Shown: positions 35,146 through 48,671 of the stretch, piece by piece | Position numbering within the stretch: the first letter of the stretch is position 1 | How the letters are laid out: each line of letters opens with the position of its first letter | NCBI GenBank assembly: GCA_951406725.2 | Contig: OX597818.1 | Location: 85,932,001 to 85,996,000, forward strand | DNA length: 64,000 bases | Source of the DNA: Octopus vulgaris | Lineage: Eukaryota | Direction: 5' to 3' | Notes under the pieces: generated by a model | Database searches by the model: none | The model's input: the letters and a program-made list of their open reading frames with translations, nothing else | What the model was told of the DNA's origin: nothing | Program-made: the position numbers and the translations under genes

Positions 35146-36084
35146 TGTTAGTAATACCAGAGATATGATTACCTGGTGTACCCTTATCAGACAGATAGTC
35201 ATGATGGGTATACTGGGTTTCGTATATTTTACCCCAGTGTCTCTTTGATGGCATGCACTGCTCTCTCAATAATAATGATAGCATTCAACTTTTAGCCCAG
35301 GGCTAGCATTTTTAAGAGAGGGGATAAATCGATTGTATCGAGGCCAGTGCCGCTAAACATTGTCTGGCGCATTAACGATTCTGTCAGCTTGCCGCCTTCT
35401 CCAAGCAAATAATAATCTCAAAAATTACTTAGGTCCCGTGGGGCGAAAACGAAGCCTTTTAATGTTAGAATATAAAGACAATGTGAGAATCTTCAGAAGC
35501 TGATATCATTAATATCAAAAGATATCTTTCCATTGGTGTCTTGTATATCTTAGAGACCAGTAGACACGAAATAATCACAAATAATCGTTTGTAAATCTTT
35601 CATCGTCATATCGATCTTATTTCTGTTATAGATTGATTGATAGTGTTACAGCTCTTATTTCTGCTGGTGTCGTCTAGCTTCAGTTCAGTTTACCAAGCAG
35701 ACCTAAGGTAAAAAGCGTTCCAGTCATGACAATTCCCACTTATTTACAAAGTTAGTATATCTTAGACCATAGTAACCAACGTCTTTTTTTTTTCTTAAGA
35801 TGGCAGGGTGTGATTTAACGTAGAATTCACTGTTATTTGTTGCAAGTCAAATGTCGAGATTTTGAAATTAACGAAGACTTTTGTAAGAAAAAAAGAAAAA
35901 ACGGACAAAAAAACCCCTCTTTCTCATTATTAATTTAGTCGTCGGTGTTTTATCGTGTGTTCGATAATTTATTTGGATTCTTCTTGCCCACTTCTTCCCC
36001 TCTGTCCGTATTTATGCATCTGTAGACTAATGAGGCCGAAGTGTCTGTTGCAAAGTTCACAAAGGATTCGTAGTGGAGGCTTTA

Positions 36085-36952
36085 AGCTAGTATTTAGAAA
36101 ATAACATGACATTTTGATGGAAATTTATATTTTAGCTCACTTTAGTCCTTTTGTTACCATATTTCTGTTGAAAAATAACACCGCTTTTGTTTTAAATAAA
36201 TTTTTTAAATAATAAGGTATTTTAAAAATAGCTGTCATTATTTAATTAACTAATGAAACATAAATTAAAATGAAATTTTGAAGGAAGGTTTTAATTTAAA
36301 TCACTTTAAACCTTTTGTTACCATATTTCTACTGAAATGCAATGCTTCCATTTCAGTTAACTTGGAAAATAATAACAAATTCAGTAGAATAGAGTTGTCA
36401 TTATTAAGTAGGTGTTTGGGACACAAATAAGCATAACATTTTGGTGTGTGGCCTTAATTTTGGCCATTTTAAATCAAGAAGTTTGTTATTTCTTTACTGC
36501 CCACAAGGGGCTACACACAGAGAGGACAAACAAGGATATACGAATGGATTAAGTCGATTATATCGACCCCAGTGCGTAACTGGTACTTATTTAATCGACC
36601 CCGAAAGGATGAAAGCAAAGTCGACCTCGGCGGAATTTGAACTCAGAACGTAGCGGCAGATGAAATACCTATTTCTTTATTACCCACAAGGGGCTAAACA
36701 CAGAGAGGACAAACAAGGACAGACAACCGGATTTAGTCGATTATATCGACTCCAGTGCGTAACTGGTACTTATTTAATCGACCCCGAAAGGATGAAAGGC
36801 AAAGTCGACCTCGGTGGAATATGAACTCAGAACGTAGCGCCGAGCGAAATACTGCTAAGCATTTCGCCCGGCGTACTAACGTTTCTGCCAGCTCGCCGCC
36901 TTAAAACAAGAAGTTTGTGTCATAGGACAAGAGGTGGTCTAAGGTCGGTAGG
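36085..36952. mobile_element. Tandemly duplicated AT-rich MITE-like repeat (piggyBac-like start CCTTTTGTTACCATATTTC)
   Basis: Unit starts at about 36147 and 36311. The second unit is interrupted by a SINE dimer. Confidence 0.5.
36488..36900 (-). mobile_element. SINE family B dimer with ~18-bp TSD
   Basis: TSD TTAAA(T/A)CAAGAAGTTTGT at 36469-36486 and 36901-36918 encloses both units. Confidence 0.9.
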
Positions 36953-37072
36953 CTACCTCGTTTGTTTGATTAATGTAATGAAACTGAATTGATAAACTGC
37001 CGGTCTGCAAACCGAAGAGATGTTAGTTCGTATTCTGTTACTAATAAACACTAATTGACCGTGGAAATGTAC

Positions 37073-37261
37073 CAGGTGTGGTTTTGTGGTTTTGTGCTTA
37101 AGAAGTTCGATCAGCAACGGCATGGTTCCAAGTTCAATCCCACGGCGTGGCACCATCTGTTATGCTTACTACAATAACTTCGGTTTTACCAATAGCTGAA
37201 GATTAGCGTTTGATACACGGGAAGTTTTGGGAAGCCTGTCGTGTTTGATAGTATGGTTTTG

Positions 37262-37293
<32 letters not shown>

Positions 37294-37367
37294 TGTATGT
37301 ATGTATGTATGTATGTATGTATGTATGTATGTATGTATGCATGCACGTATGTATGCATGTATGTACG

Positions 37368-37464
<97 letters not shown>

Positions 37465-37566
37465 GTGTGTGCATGTGTATGTAAATATATATGTACTCAT
37501 ATATCTATACGCGTAATAATGTATCTCTTTCTCTCTTTCTCTTTCTATGTGTACATAAATGTTTGT

Positions 37567-37634
<68 letters not shown>

Positions 37635-37920
37635 TCACATACACATGCATACATACATGCATGCATGCCTATACATACACATAGATTCACACACACACAT
37701 ATTCACCTATACATATCTAAATATACATGTATTTATATACGTGTGTATATACGTGAAAGGTAAACTAGCCGCTCGATAAATATTGATCGATTAAATAAGT
37801 ATCAGATCAAAATAAGTACTGCAGTCGATATGATTGTCCAAAAACCTTTAAGGGGGAGCCCCAGCTGCAGTCCAATGACTGAAACCAGTAAAAAGAATAT
37901 AAGAATAAAAGAATAAATAT
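37073..37920 (+). mobile_element. Old SINE family A copy with expanded internal microsatellite
   Basis: 5' half 37073-37250 and tail 37790-37920, separated by about 500 bp of TATG/TATC/TA repeats. Confidence 0.55.
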
Positions 37921-38484
37921 ACAAACTACGTCTATGATTTATCGCTTATATTGTTGAGGTCGAAGTATAAGAAGCAGTGAGATTTATAGCTTATATTCAT
38001 TCCTAAGCCTGAACCCTTTGAATAGGCGTAAGGTATATAAAGTGAAATCGCTCTAATGCATCAGCAATTGAATCAGTGTTTAAAGAGAAAAATCTTCAAT
38101 GAGTTATCGCTAAGTAATTCCTTTCTTCATCCAAATTCCTTAAACAGGTTACCAAATTCCTTCTAGATTATTACTTTTCTGGGTTTAATGTTACACGATT
38201 CGGAAATTTTATTATCGAACTTTATAGAAAATGTCCATATATCTCCCATATCTGTAGTTTTCTCGAACCAAAAGAAGTAGAAACATCTCCTCGCAGAACA
38301 GTTTATTACAGAAAACCTTCTCAGAAAACCCTAGTTATTGTTATCCTTATTGCTGTTGCCATTGTTACTGTTGGTGATGTTATAGTTATACTTGTTTAGC
38401 TCCGGGACAGTTGTGACCAAGCAGACCTATGTTCCAATCGTAGGCACCCACCTGATTTTTTTCATTTTATTTAAGCATATAAGT

Positions 38485-38634
38485 GCAGGCATAGTTATAT
38501 GGAGAGGAAGTTTGCTTCCCAACTATCTGGTCTTGGGATCAGTCCCATTGTGCGGCAGCTTCAGCAAATGTCTTCTACTACTGCCCGAGGCCGTGAGTAG
38601 ATTTGGTCCTGAAAATGAAAGAGGCCTGTCGTTA

Positions 38635-38635
<1 letters not shown>
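38485..38635 (+). mobile_element. SINE family A, 5' half
   Basis: Degenerate match. Confidence 0.6.
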
Positions 38636-39648
<1,013 letters not shown>

Positions 39649-39724
39649 CATACATATATATATTTATATATATATATATATATATACACATACACACACA
39701 TATATGTTTATGTATATGTATAAA

Positions 39725-40120
39725 GTATAGGGATTTAGTTCACAGGTGATCTAAACGATTAGGTACACTAGGTAGATGCTGTAACGGATTACTTGGACTC
39801 CAAGGTCACAGCCGAGACGGTAGTTATGGAGCCATTGCAGATTTCCAATGCAGCAGATACATAATTGTTAAGCAGGACAGCAAACATTAAGGCAAGGCAA
39901 ACATTTCAAGTCGTATACAATATTATTATTGGTAAAAATTCAAAATCTTATTGCTATTTCTGGTATATCCCCGAGTATGGGATAATCCGTCATCAGAGAC
40001 AAATAGGGAAAAATAGGGAATATTAATGAGATGATGACATAGAAGAAACGAATAAAAGAATAAGGTGATGGAAAGAAAGAAGAAAAAAGAAGCATAAAAG
40101 TTCCTAGTTCAAATTTCTGA
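39725..40120 (-). mobile_element. Penelope-like pLTR remnant next to (TA)n
   Basis: Contains the hammerhead motif at 39945-40000, followed on the minus strand by an AATAATAA signal-like tract. Confidence 0.5.
39945..40000 (-). ncRNA. Minimal type-I hammerhead ribozyme motif
   Basis: Minus strand: GTCT (stem I), CTGATGA (intact core), stem II containing TATCCC/GGGATA, GAAA, TAGCAA, TA, AGAT (stem I partner). Stem III is degenerate. Confidence 0.6.
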
Positions 40121-40129
40121 AAGCTTCTT

Positions 40130-40232
40130 TAAACAAAAACATCTTTAAATGACAGTCTGACTGTCTGCCAAGCATTTGGGAAGCAGTAATTGAAGTAGAT
40201 GGTGAATATGCTCCAGAATAATCATTTAATCA
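40130..40232 (+). mobile_element. Mariner transposase C-terminal scrap
   Basis: LPSIWEAVIEVDGEY resembles the mariner terminal motif LPxRWxxVIxxxGxY. Confidence 0.5.
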
Positions 40233-40269
40233 CACACACCCCCGCACATACACACAGGCGTACCTTTTA

Positions 40270-40485
40270 CATCGTTCTCAAGGGGGATTCAGCATGACAC
40301 AGAATGTCACATGACTGGTCCTTTGAATTACAGGTACAACTCATTTTTGTCAGCTGAATGGACTGGAGCAACGTAAAATAAAGTGTTATGCTCAAGGACA
40401 CAACGTGCCGCCCGGAATCGAACTTACGGCCTTACGATTGGGAGCCGAATACTCCTAACCATTAAGCTCTGTGCTTTCACACGCA
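40270..40485 (-). mobile_element. SINE family C
   Basis: Homologous to 54220-54420. Confidence 0.75.
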
Positions 40486-41056
40486 CATAGACACACACAC
40501 ACACACACAGAACATACAGACAGACCCACTCTGAATTTGTGGTTACTCTCTCTATGAGCCGAATACCTTAACCACGTGACTTGACTATCAGTAAATATAC
40601 CAAGCGGTGCTCCAGCATGGCTGTAGTCTAATGACTGAGACAAGTGAAGCGTATAAAAATTGTATGTATTTTCCTTGCATTCAAAATGAATAGTAACCAA
40701 AAGAAAATTGGTCAAATACATAATTCTTCTACTAGCATATGCATCATCGTTTCATATCTTTTCTAGAGTGAGTTGCTTTGCCTTTTAGCAAGACAAATGA
40801 ATTTCATAACGCTTCTATTCTTTTGAAATACTTGGCGCTGTCATGAAGAAACCGCCCACTGCTAAATTCTAAGAGATGGCGGTAGTCTAGAATTCGATTA
40901 CTTTGGTACATGTGAAAGCTTTTCAAAAAACTGAAAGAGCTTCGGAGTGTATTAAAAGCATCGCTTTATTTTAAATATAGAATTATCTGCAAAATTTATA
41001 ATTTGCATCACGCACGCTAGCACGAACACACACACACAAACACACAAACACACACA

Positions 41057-41103
<47 letters not shown>

Positions 41104-41239
41104 CATATAAACCGGGATTTGAAATCGTTAAACAATTTTCTTGTTTCTCTTCTGTCTTAAATTCATGTGTATTATTTGGTGTAGTGACGTATAATTTTCA
41201 TTTATTGTAATTTCACTATATATGCAGTGGATGTGCAGA

Positions 41240-41390
41240 CACAGGAGAAGCTGTATGGTAAGAATATTTCTTCCCAACTGCATGCTCCTGCTTTCAGTTC
41301 CACTGTGTGGCACCTTGGGCAAGTGTCTAGAACTGTGCCATAGTCTGGGGCCGACTAAAGCCTTGCGAATGGATTTGGTTGTCAAGCGGT
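41240..41390 (+). mobile_element. SINE family A, 5' half
   Basis: GGCACCTTGGGCAAGTGTC. Confidence 0.7.
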
Positions 41391-41426
41391 TCTACAGGAC
41401 ACAGTCACAAAGACACACACATACAT

Positions 41427-41481
<55 letters not shown>

Positions 41482-41599
41482 ATGAAAGAAAGAAAATGGA
41501 GAATTATGGATGTATAAATAGATTTCTTTATTTGACCACGCAGGGCCGAACACAGAGGGGACAATACAATGTATTGATCGGTTTCTTTTCAAAACCGAT

Positions 41600-42075
41600 C
41601 AATAGGGATCGAAAACGTTTTGGGACGTGTACACAAAGAGATAACAAGGTAACGTTTTAACAACAGAAATTCCCAAAAGGGGGAGAAAATATAACACTGA
41701 CTAGGGCTATCCGTGGAAAGAAAAACCTACGAAAAAATCCCACGGTAACATCGGAAAAAATAAACATGAGTGCAAAACATCCTTTCTCTTTTAGTTTTAT
41801 AGGTTCATGCTCAAAATGGGTCCGTCATTCATGCGTACCATCTTTGCTACATTCACCTGCCATTTATTAAACTTTTCATTAGACAAAACCTACCCTACTA
41901 TTCTCATCTTCCTTTTGAAGTAATACTTGAAAAAGTTGATGGGAGGTTGGCCAGAGAGGAAAGTATTCGTCTCTAAGCCTTTCAAACGAGTCCACCATAC
42001 ACATTCTTTCACCATAACCACCAGTGGTAGAAAACTGCCTTGCCTTCCAGATTAAAGGAAGGTAGCGAGGCAATA
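41600..42075 (-). mobile_element. L1/Tx1-like LINE 3' end
   Basis: Minus frame MVKECVWWTRLKGLETNTFLSGQPPINFFKYYFKRKMR..*..KFNKWQVNVAKMVR has a WxxR C-terminal motif and one premature stop, followed by a T-rich 3' UTR. Confidence 0.55.
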
Positions 42076-42089
42076 TTTACTTTGGATGT

Positions 42090-42305
42090 AAGGCGGCGGG
42101 CTGGCAGAAATGTTAACACGCTGGGCGAAATGCTTAGCTGTATTTCGTCTGTCTTTACGTTCTGAGTTCAAATTCCGCCGAGTTCGACTTTGATTTTCAT
42201 TCTTTTGGAGTCGATAAATTAAGTACCAGTTGCATACTGGGGTCGATCTAATCGACTGCCCCCTCCACCAAAATTTCGAGCCTTGTGCTTAGAGTAGGAA
42301 AGAAT
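42090..42305 (+). mobile_element. SINE family B
   Basis: Full head to tail. Flanks AATATTTAC(TT/CA)TGGATGTA resemble a TSD. Confidence 0.85.
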
Positions 42306-42641
42306 ATTTACCATGGATGTATAAATAATTTATTTGTATGATGTGAGGTTGAAAGTTTTTTTTTAGATAAACAATACAAATAAATTATAAATTATAAAGC
42401 TCCAAAAGAAATGGCATTTGCCAATAAAAGATAAAAGATATGTTTCAATGCCAAAAACCTACATATACGTTTTTTATAAAAAAAACTTTCAAATTCATTA
42501 TATCATACAAATAAATTATTTATACATCCATAATTCTCCATTTTCTTTCTTTCATTATTAACAATATGTATTACAATAATAATCCCTAACATATCGCCAA
42601 GGCTTTCTCCTTATATGACAATGTTTAACCATAGTTGATTT

Positions 42642-43325
42642 AGCGCATGCACATGTTGGTTTTGATTTTGTCGACTACACAGTATAGTAGGGTCAGTTGA
42701 GTACCGTCTGCGAGAAAAGCAGCATCATGACGCAATACCAGAAATTGAAAACGACATGTACTGCTTGACAATCGCACCGGAAGCTCCAATACGAACATAC
42801 AGAACAACCGTTGGCTTGCTGTGTCCCCCAAACCATACCGCGAGTGACAAAAATCAAACATCCAGTCAACATCATGGTGTTTGGAGTGATCACATGGCCT
42901 CAGACTCAACACGGAGGACTACATCAAGTGCCTGGAGGGGGTAGTGCTGTCCTGGGTGAAGAGAGTGGCTGCTGAAAGACCCTATGTCTGCCATCAGGAC
43001 TTTGCACCATGCCACGCAAGCAGGAGAACCCAGTCATGGCTGTCAGATAATATCAGAGACCACATCATCCCTAACATCTGGCCACCTAACACCTCTGATT
43101 GCAAATCCTTTGATTATTACGTGTGGGGCACAGTTGAGCGAGAGACCAACAAACTTTCTGGTAACACCAAAGATGAATTAAACAAGGAGACTGTCCAAAA
43201 GAGTTGCAGGATATTCTGAAGTCGTCTTGAGACCGTGGTTGAAGCCAGTGGCGATTTTATTGAATAATTTTACTCTTAAGTATTTCAAGATATTTTTATG
43301 TAATTTTGGAAAATATATACATGAA
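42642..43325 (+). mobile_element. maT/DD37D transposon, internally deleted
   Basis: QDFAPCH...WPPNTSDCKSFDYYVW has 37 residues between the second and third catalytic Asp. Confidence 0.85.
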
Positions 43326-43619
43326 TAAATGAATTCATACATACATGGATATAGACATACACACCACCACATCACACGACACACACACATATATTTGCAT
43401 GCATGCATACATACATACATACATACATACATACATACATACATACATACATACATACATACATACATACATACATACATACCCTGTTGTTGATCATGAA
43501 ATTCCAATGAAGGAGTCTTGGATCTAGGTTAGAAACCGACTCTTTTTTCTATTGGCAAGAAATCTTGAAATAAACTTAACAATGATATATATACATACGT
43601 ACGTATGTATATATTTATG

Positions 43620-44743
43620 CTACGAGCAAAACAAGTTTATGAGTGGTTTCCACACTTTAGGAATGGTCACTTGTCACTTGAAGGACCTCCCGAACGAATG
43701 CAAACGTCGTAAAAATTTATGAACTGATCTTGGAGGACCGTCACCAACCATTTGACGAACATGTGTGTCCTGGAGCTTCAGCCAAAGAATTTTGAGCGAG
43801 GAACTGCGAATGAAAAGAGTAGCAGCAAAACTTGTGCCTCACTTGCTCACGGAAGATCAAAAGCAGTCACGACTGAATGCGTGTCGTGAACTGAAAGAAC
43901 AGTTGGAAATTGATCCGGACCCTTTTATCGAAGGTCATCATTGGCGACGAAAGCAGGTGCTACAGAATTTGCAGATGTGGAAGAGGTGAAGAAAAAAAGA
44001 AATGACGGAGACGTTAAAAGGCATCACTTCGCAAGAGTTCCAGCACTGCTTCGAATAGTGGAAAACGCGCCTGGACCGAAACATAGCTTCAAACGGAGAA
44101 TACTTTGAAGGCGATAAAAGTTTAAAAATAGGATCTCTACCTTTTGACCGGCAGATTTAGAAAATAATTTTTTGTAACTAAACGCTTTCAAACTTCGTAT
44201 ACTGGTAGAATGTGTAATTTAAAACACCTTTTACTCTTAGCGTTTTTGAGAAAAGTTTATGTTTACGAAGTTATTTCGTGTTAAAGTTCTCGTGTTTCGG
44301 TAATTTCAACCAGTCAATGACGTGTATTCAGCTGAATAAAATTATTGCCTTTGCTTGTCAACAACAACTCCCGGCGGTGTATATTTCGTTTGTCAATGTT
44401 ATTTATGACATATTTCATTTCAGTTATATTTGTATGAATAAACTAGTGTATCTGAAGCAGTAATTTTATTCAGCTGAATACACGTCATTGATTGGTTGAA
44501 ATTACCGCAATACGAAAACTTTAACACGAAATAACTTCGTAAACATAAACTTTTCTCGAAAACACTAAGAGTAAAAGGTATTTTACATGACATATTCTAT
44601 CAGTATACGAAGTTTCAAAGCGTTTAGTTACAAAAAATTATTTTCTAAATCTGCCGGTCAAAAGATAAAGATCCTAAATATATAAAATTAAGCGAATAAA
44701 ATAATATTGCAAAATTCCGGTTTCTTTTGGGTACCCCTTCGTA
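43620..44743 (+). mobile_element. Mariner transposon relic split by a MITE
   Basis: LRMKRVAAKLVPHLLTEDQKQSRL, C-terminal ASNGEYFEG, terminus CCGGTTTCTTTTGGGTACCCCTTCG-TA. Confidence 0.8.
44131..44674. mobile_element. Long-TIR (foldback-like) MITE, 544 bp
   Basis: About 215-bp inverted arms (44131-44345 and 44460-44674), GGATC..GATCC termini, TA on both sides. Confidence 0.9.
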
Positions 44744-45134
44744 CATATGAAGTTACATTCATACACACATAGCTATGTATCCATATCTGTATATAGCTTT
44801 ATTGTGTGTATATTTACACAAGAATATATGTATCCGATTATACACACCCTTGTCTTTCCTCTCACATCTATTTGTATACATTAGTATTTATACATGTGTG
44901 TTACATACCTGTGTTTATGTATAGCCATTTGTGAGTATTTGTGTTTATAAGTGTGTATGTCTATAGCTGCTTCAGCCTCTCCTACAAAATAACTACCATA
45001 TGTTTTCCAGATTAGCGGCTCCCCTTTGAATACCAAGCTACCACCACAAACTCGGTCATTATCCCTCTTTAGACATTACCTGTTCAACTTCACCTCTACC
45101 ATACGCATTACTTCCAACCCATAAATTATCTTTT

Positions 45135-45532
45135 ACCTTTTCTTTTATTCCTTTCAGTCACTGAGCTGCGGCCATGCTGGGGCACCACGATAAAGAGTAT
45201 AGTCGAATAAATCGACCCCGGTGCTTATTATTTGTTTTTTTTTAAATATCTGATACTTATTCTATCGGTGAATTTTGCCGAATTGTTAACAAACTAACAC
45301 CGGTTACCAAATGGTAGTGGGAACCAAACAAAACACACAGACACACAGACATACACACACACACACACACACATGCACACAGACACAGACACACATACAC
45401 ACAAAGAACTGAGGTCGATTTATTCCACTAAAAATTCTTCAAGTCGGTGCGCCAACATGACCGCAGTCTCATCACTGAAACAACTAAACGACAAATTATA
45501 TATATATATACATACATATATATATATGTATG

Positions 45533-45601
<69 letters not shown>

Positions 45602-45768
45602 ATATATATAAATATACATATATATATACATGTGTGTGTGTGTGTGCGTGTGAATGTGTGTGTATGTGTGTGTTTCTTCTATCACATCTTCACAACCGGT
45701 GTTGATGTGTTTATGTCCGCATAATCTGGCAGTTCGACAAAAGGGACCGATAGAATTAGTACTAGGCT
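45135..45768. mobile_element. SINE family A fragments (45135-45340 minus; 45410-45490 and 45660-45768 plus)
   Basis: Matches to the family A 3' half. Confidence 0.65.
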
Positions 45769-46015
45769 CGGCGCAGTCGACAAAACTCCTACACTTAAAA
45801 TTGCTGGTCATGTGTCTAGATTAGAAACCATTCCTTCTAAATACAGAATAGTGGATTGGCAGGATTGTTTGAGTACTGGATTAAAATAAGACGGGGTATT
45901 TAGTTACGGTTCTTTAAATTGTAAGTTCAAATCCCGCTGCGGTTGATTGTTTGTGTGTTTTTTTCCCTTCATATTTCCAGGTCCGTTATGTAACATATAT
46001 ATATGTATATATATA

Positions 46016-46233
46016 TGTTGATTCACCATGTTGATTCGCTAGCTTCTGCACGCATTTTTTTTCTCTTCTTGTTTCTCTCCGTGTTTCTTCTCTGTGTGTC
46101 TTTCTGTTGAAGAGCGTAGGCTCGAAACGTAAAAGACTTGTTTTATTTATATTCCTGAGCGCCATACTAATACAATTGTTTGTTTGTATTCCACCTGCCT
46201 TCGTCTTTTGTTTATTTTCATAAAGATTCCCGT
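46016..46233 (+). mobile_element. Short Penelope-like pLTR element inserted in (TA)n
   Basis: Unique ~220-bp island flanked by TA repeats, carrying a hammerhead motif. Confidence 0.6.
46098..46137 (+). ncRNA. Minimal type-I hammerhead ribozyme motif (A6U core variant)
   Basis: GTCTTT, CTGTTGA, A, GAGC-GTAG-GCTC, GAAA, CG, TA, AAAGAC. This gives a 6-bp stem I, a 4-bp stem II and a palindromic ACGT stem III. Predicted cut after 46131. Confidence 0.7.
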
Positions 46234-46385
46234 TATATATATATATACACGCATATATATGTACATATACATCCTTAAATATACATACACGTACGTATAC
46301 ATAACACACGCATATACATGCAAAAACGTACACATACACACATACGCATACACTGTCTCTTTTTCTGTCTCTATCATACACACTA

Positions 46386-46431
<46 letters not shown>

Positions 46432-46917
46432 ATGCACACACGAAATAACACACATGCTAACACGCACACACATGAAATCCCGTACTCAATAAACTAACAA
46501 ATAAATCAAAGCTTTAGTCTATGGTTTGGATTTGAAACATCGACCACCAGAGATAATGATATCATTTAACGGCAAATAGTTTTTAATGGACCTATTTTCA
46601 CATTTATGAAAGATAATAAATCAGAAAAGCCTGTAATTGCATTTTACTTTATATATTATATTTTATAAATTGAAACTAAGACCATTTTAGAATCTAATAT
46701 ATAAATTTACCCGACAAAACTATTCAAGGAAAATACTGACAAATCGTTTAACAATAGCCATTGTGTAATAAATAACGGGGGCGTTTTATCACGTCATTAT
46801 ACCGTTTAACTCGCTGCTTCTCTGTATATTGGTTATCATTGATATATTCACAAACTCAGATAGACGTATTCATATATGTTCATAGTTAAATAGAAATGCA
46901 TGCATACGATCCTCTCC

Positions 46918-46977
<60 letters not shown>

Positions 46978-47083
46978 ATATATAGACATACATACACCCC
47001 CCCCACATATATATATATATATATATAAATATATATATAGACATACATATATATATATATACACACACATATATATATATGTG

Positions 47084-47114
<31 letters not shown>

Positions 47115-47115
47115 C

Positions 47116-47323
47116 TAGTAACACAAAGGGAGGAATTTCGATTATCTCCACGTGATGAATTGTAATACAATATATATATATATAAAAGAAATGTATACAC
47201 ATTACATAGTTTTAATATATATTATATTATGTTTTTCGACCGGTTTCACTTTCTCTAATCATGACATTGAAATTATTGTAATTTCTCATTTTCTTAAGAA
47301 GATTTCAGTCCATGTTGTGGACT

Positions 47324-47325
<2 letters not shown>
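47116..47325 (-). mobile_element. Penelope-like pLTR remnant with partial hammerhead (GAAACCGGTC)
   Basis: GAAACCGGTC at 47247-47238 on the minus strand. Flanked by (TA)n and directly 3' of the GIY-YIG fragment. Confidence 0.5.
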
Positions 47326-47370
<45 letters not shown>

Positions 47371-47389
47371 ATTACAATGTAATGGTAGA

Positions 47390-47675
47390 AGGGCCCATGG
47401 TTGAGAACCTAATGTTATAATCATAGTGTGGCCCGCTAAAAATCTCGTTTCTGCACTTTAGGTAGATGTCCGGGTACAAAGAATTTTTTTTCATAGAATC
47501 CTTTTCTCGGCTAAACATAACCTGCATTTTATGCTGCTCTTAAAATAAGGCTTGCACTTCTCTATGATTTTCCCCCTTGATATTGTACTCCAGGGATCTT
47601 TCTTTTAATGACCAGGCATATCTTGCCAATGCTGAGACGTTGTGTCTCTAATACTGAAGGAGGACTTATAGTTGT
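47390..47675 (-). pseudogene. Penelope-like element GIY-YIG endonuclease C-terminal relic
   Basis: SALARYAWSLKERSLEYNIK / (frameshift) KIIEKCKPYFKSSIKCRLCLAEKRIL..RNEIFS. The CxLCxxEK motif is typical of PLE endonuclease C-termini. Confidence 0.75.
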
Positions 47676-47729
47676 TAAATTCGGTCTTATATATATGTGT
47701 AGTAGGCTGTGCGTGTGTATGTGTGTGCG

Positions 47730-47950
47730 TGTGCGTGTCTTTGCGACTGTGTTTATACCCCAATCGATGTTAGTTTACGTCCCCATAACATAGCGGTTTG
47801 ACGAGATAACCCTCTGGAGTAAGTACCGGACATTTTTTATAAAACAATTTTAAATACTGGGCTCGATTTGATCGACTAAATCGTTCAAGATGGTACTCCA
47901 GCATGACCGCAGCCCAGTGACTAGAATACGTATAAATAGGAATAAAGAAA
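47730..47950 (+). mobile_element. SINE family A, 3' half
   Basis: Degenerate match. Confidence 0.65.
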
Positions 47951-48671
47951 AATTATACATAAAAACCTACATTTGCATACACAAGCACATACACATACAA
48001 AAGCTCACACATACAGACAAACACACAGATACACATACATATATGAAGCGTTTGAAATAGGAGTAGGAAAGGAAAAGTCAGGTAGAAAGAAAAAAAAAAT
48101 GAAAAAGAAAGAAAGAGGGAGCTTCAGAAGAAGGAATTAAGAGGCGTCGAGAAACGAAAGAGGATATGAGGTAAAGGATGAAATGGTTTGAGGAATGAAG
48201 TTGTTAGTTTACTAAATGATTCTGTGCGTGTGTGGCAATAAATGACAGGAAACGTATTGAAGTGAACCGAGAATGACTAAGGCAATGAATGGTGTAGTAA
48301 GAAATGGCTTTTACAATCTGTGTTAACAATCTGGATTTATGAACACAACAAGCAAGCACAGTGCCATGTTCCAAACATCTGGGATTAACCAATATATATA
48401 ATTGTCTTTCAACTGCAACGGAAAACAGTGAAGATATTAAACTGTATATGTTGTTCAGAAAGAGATAGGGGCCTTTAATTAAATTTAGCATGTAAATGTA
48501 GTCAGGAAGAAAGCCATATCGCGTTACTTCTGGCATCATAGCTTTGCAATGCCTCAGCGACTCGAGTTGATCTCTTCATTGTAATGATGAGAATATGAAG
48601 TGAGTTGGAATAATGGAGTGGCTGTAGGTGTGCTGGAATGAAGTTTGTGGTATCTTCTTGTATCTGTTATT

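Noticed and set aside
36027-36041. CTAATGAGGCCGAAG as a hammerhead
   Set aside because: Core mismatch, no closing stem II, and no GAAA box downstream.
48204-48539. 111-aa ORF as a gene
   Set aside because: No recognisable motif or splice context. More likely chance or a decayed LINE.
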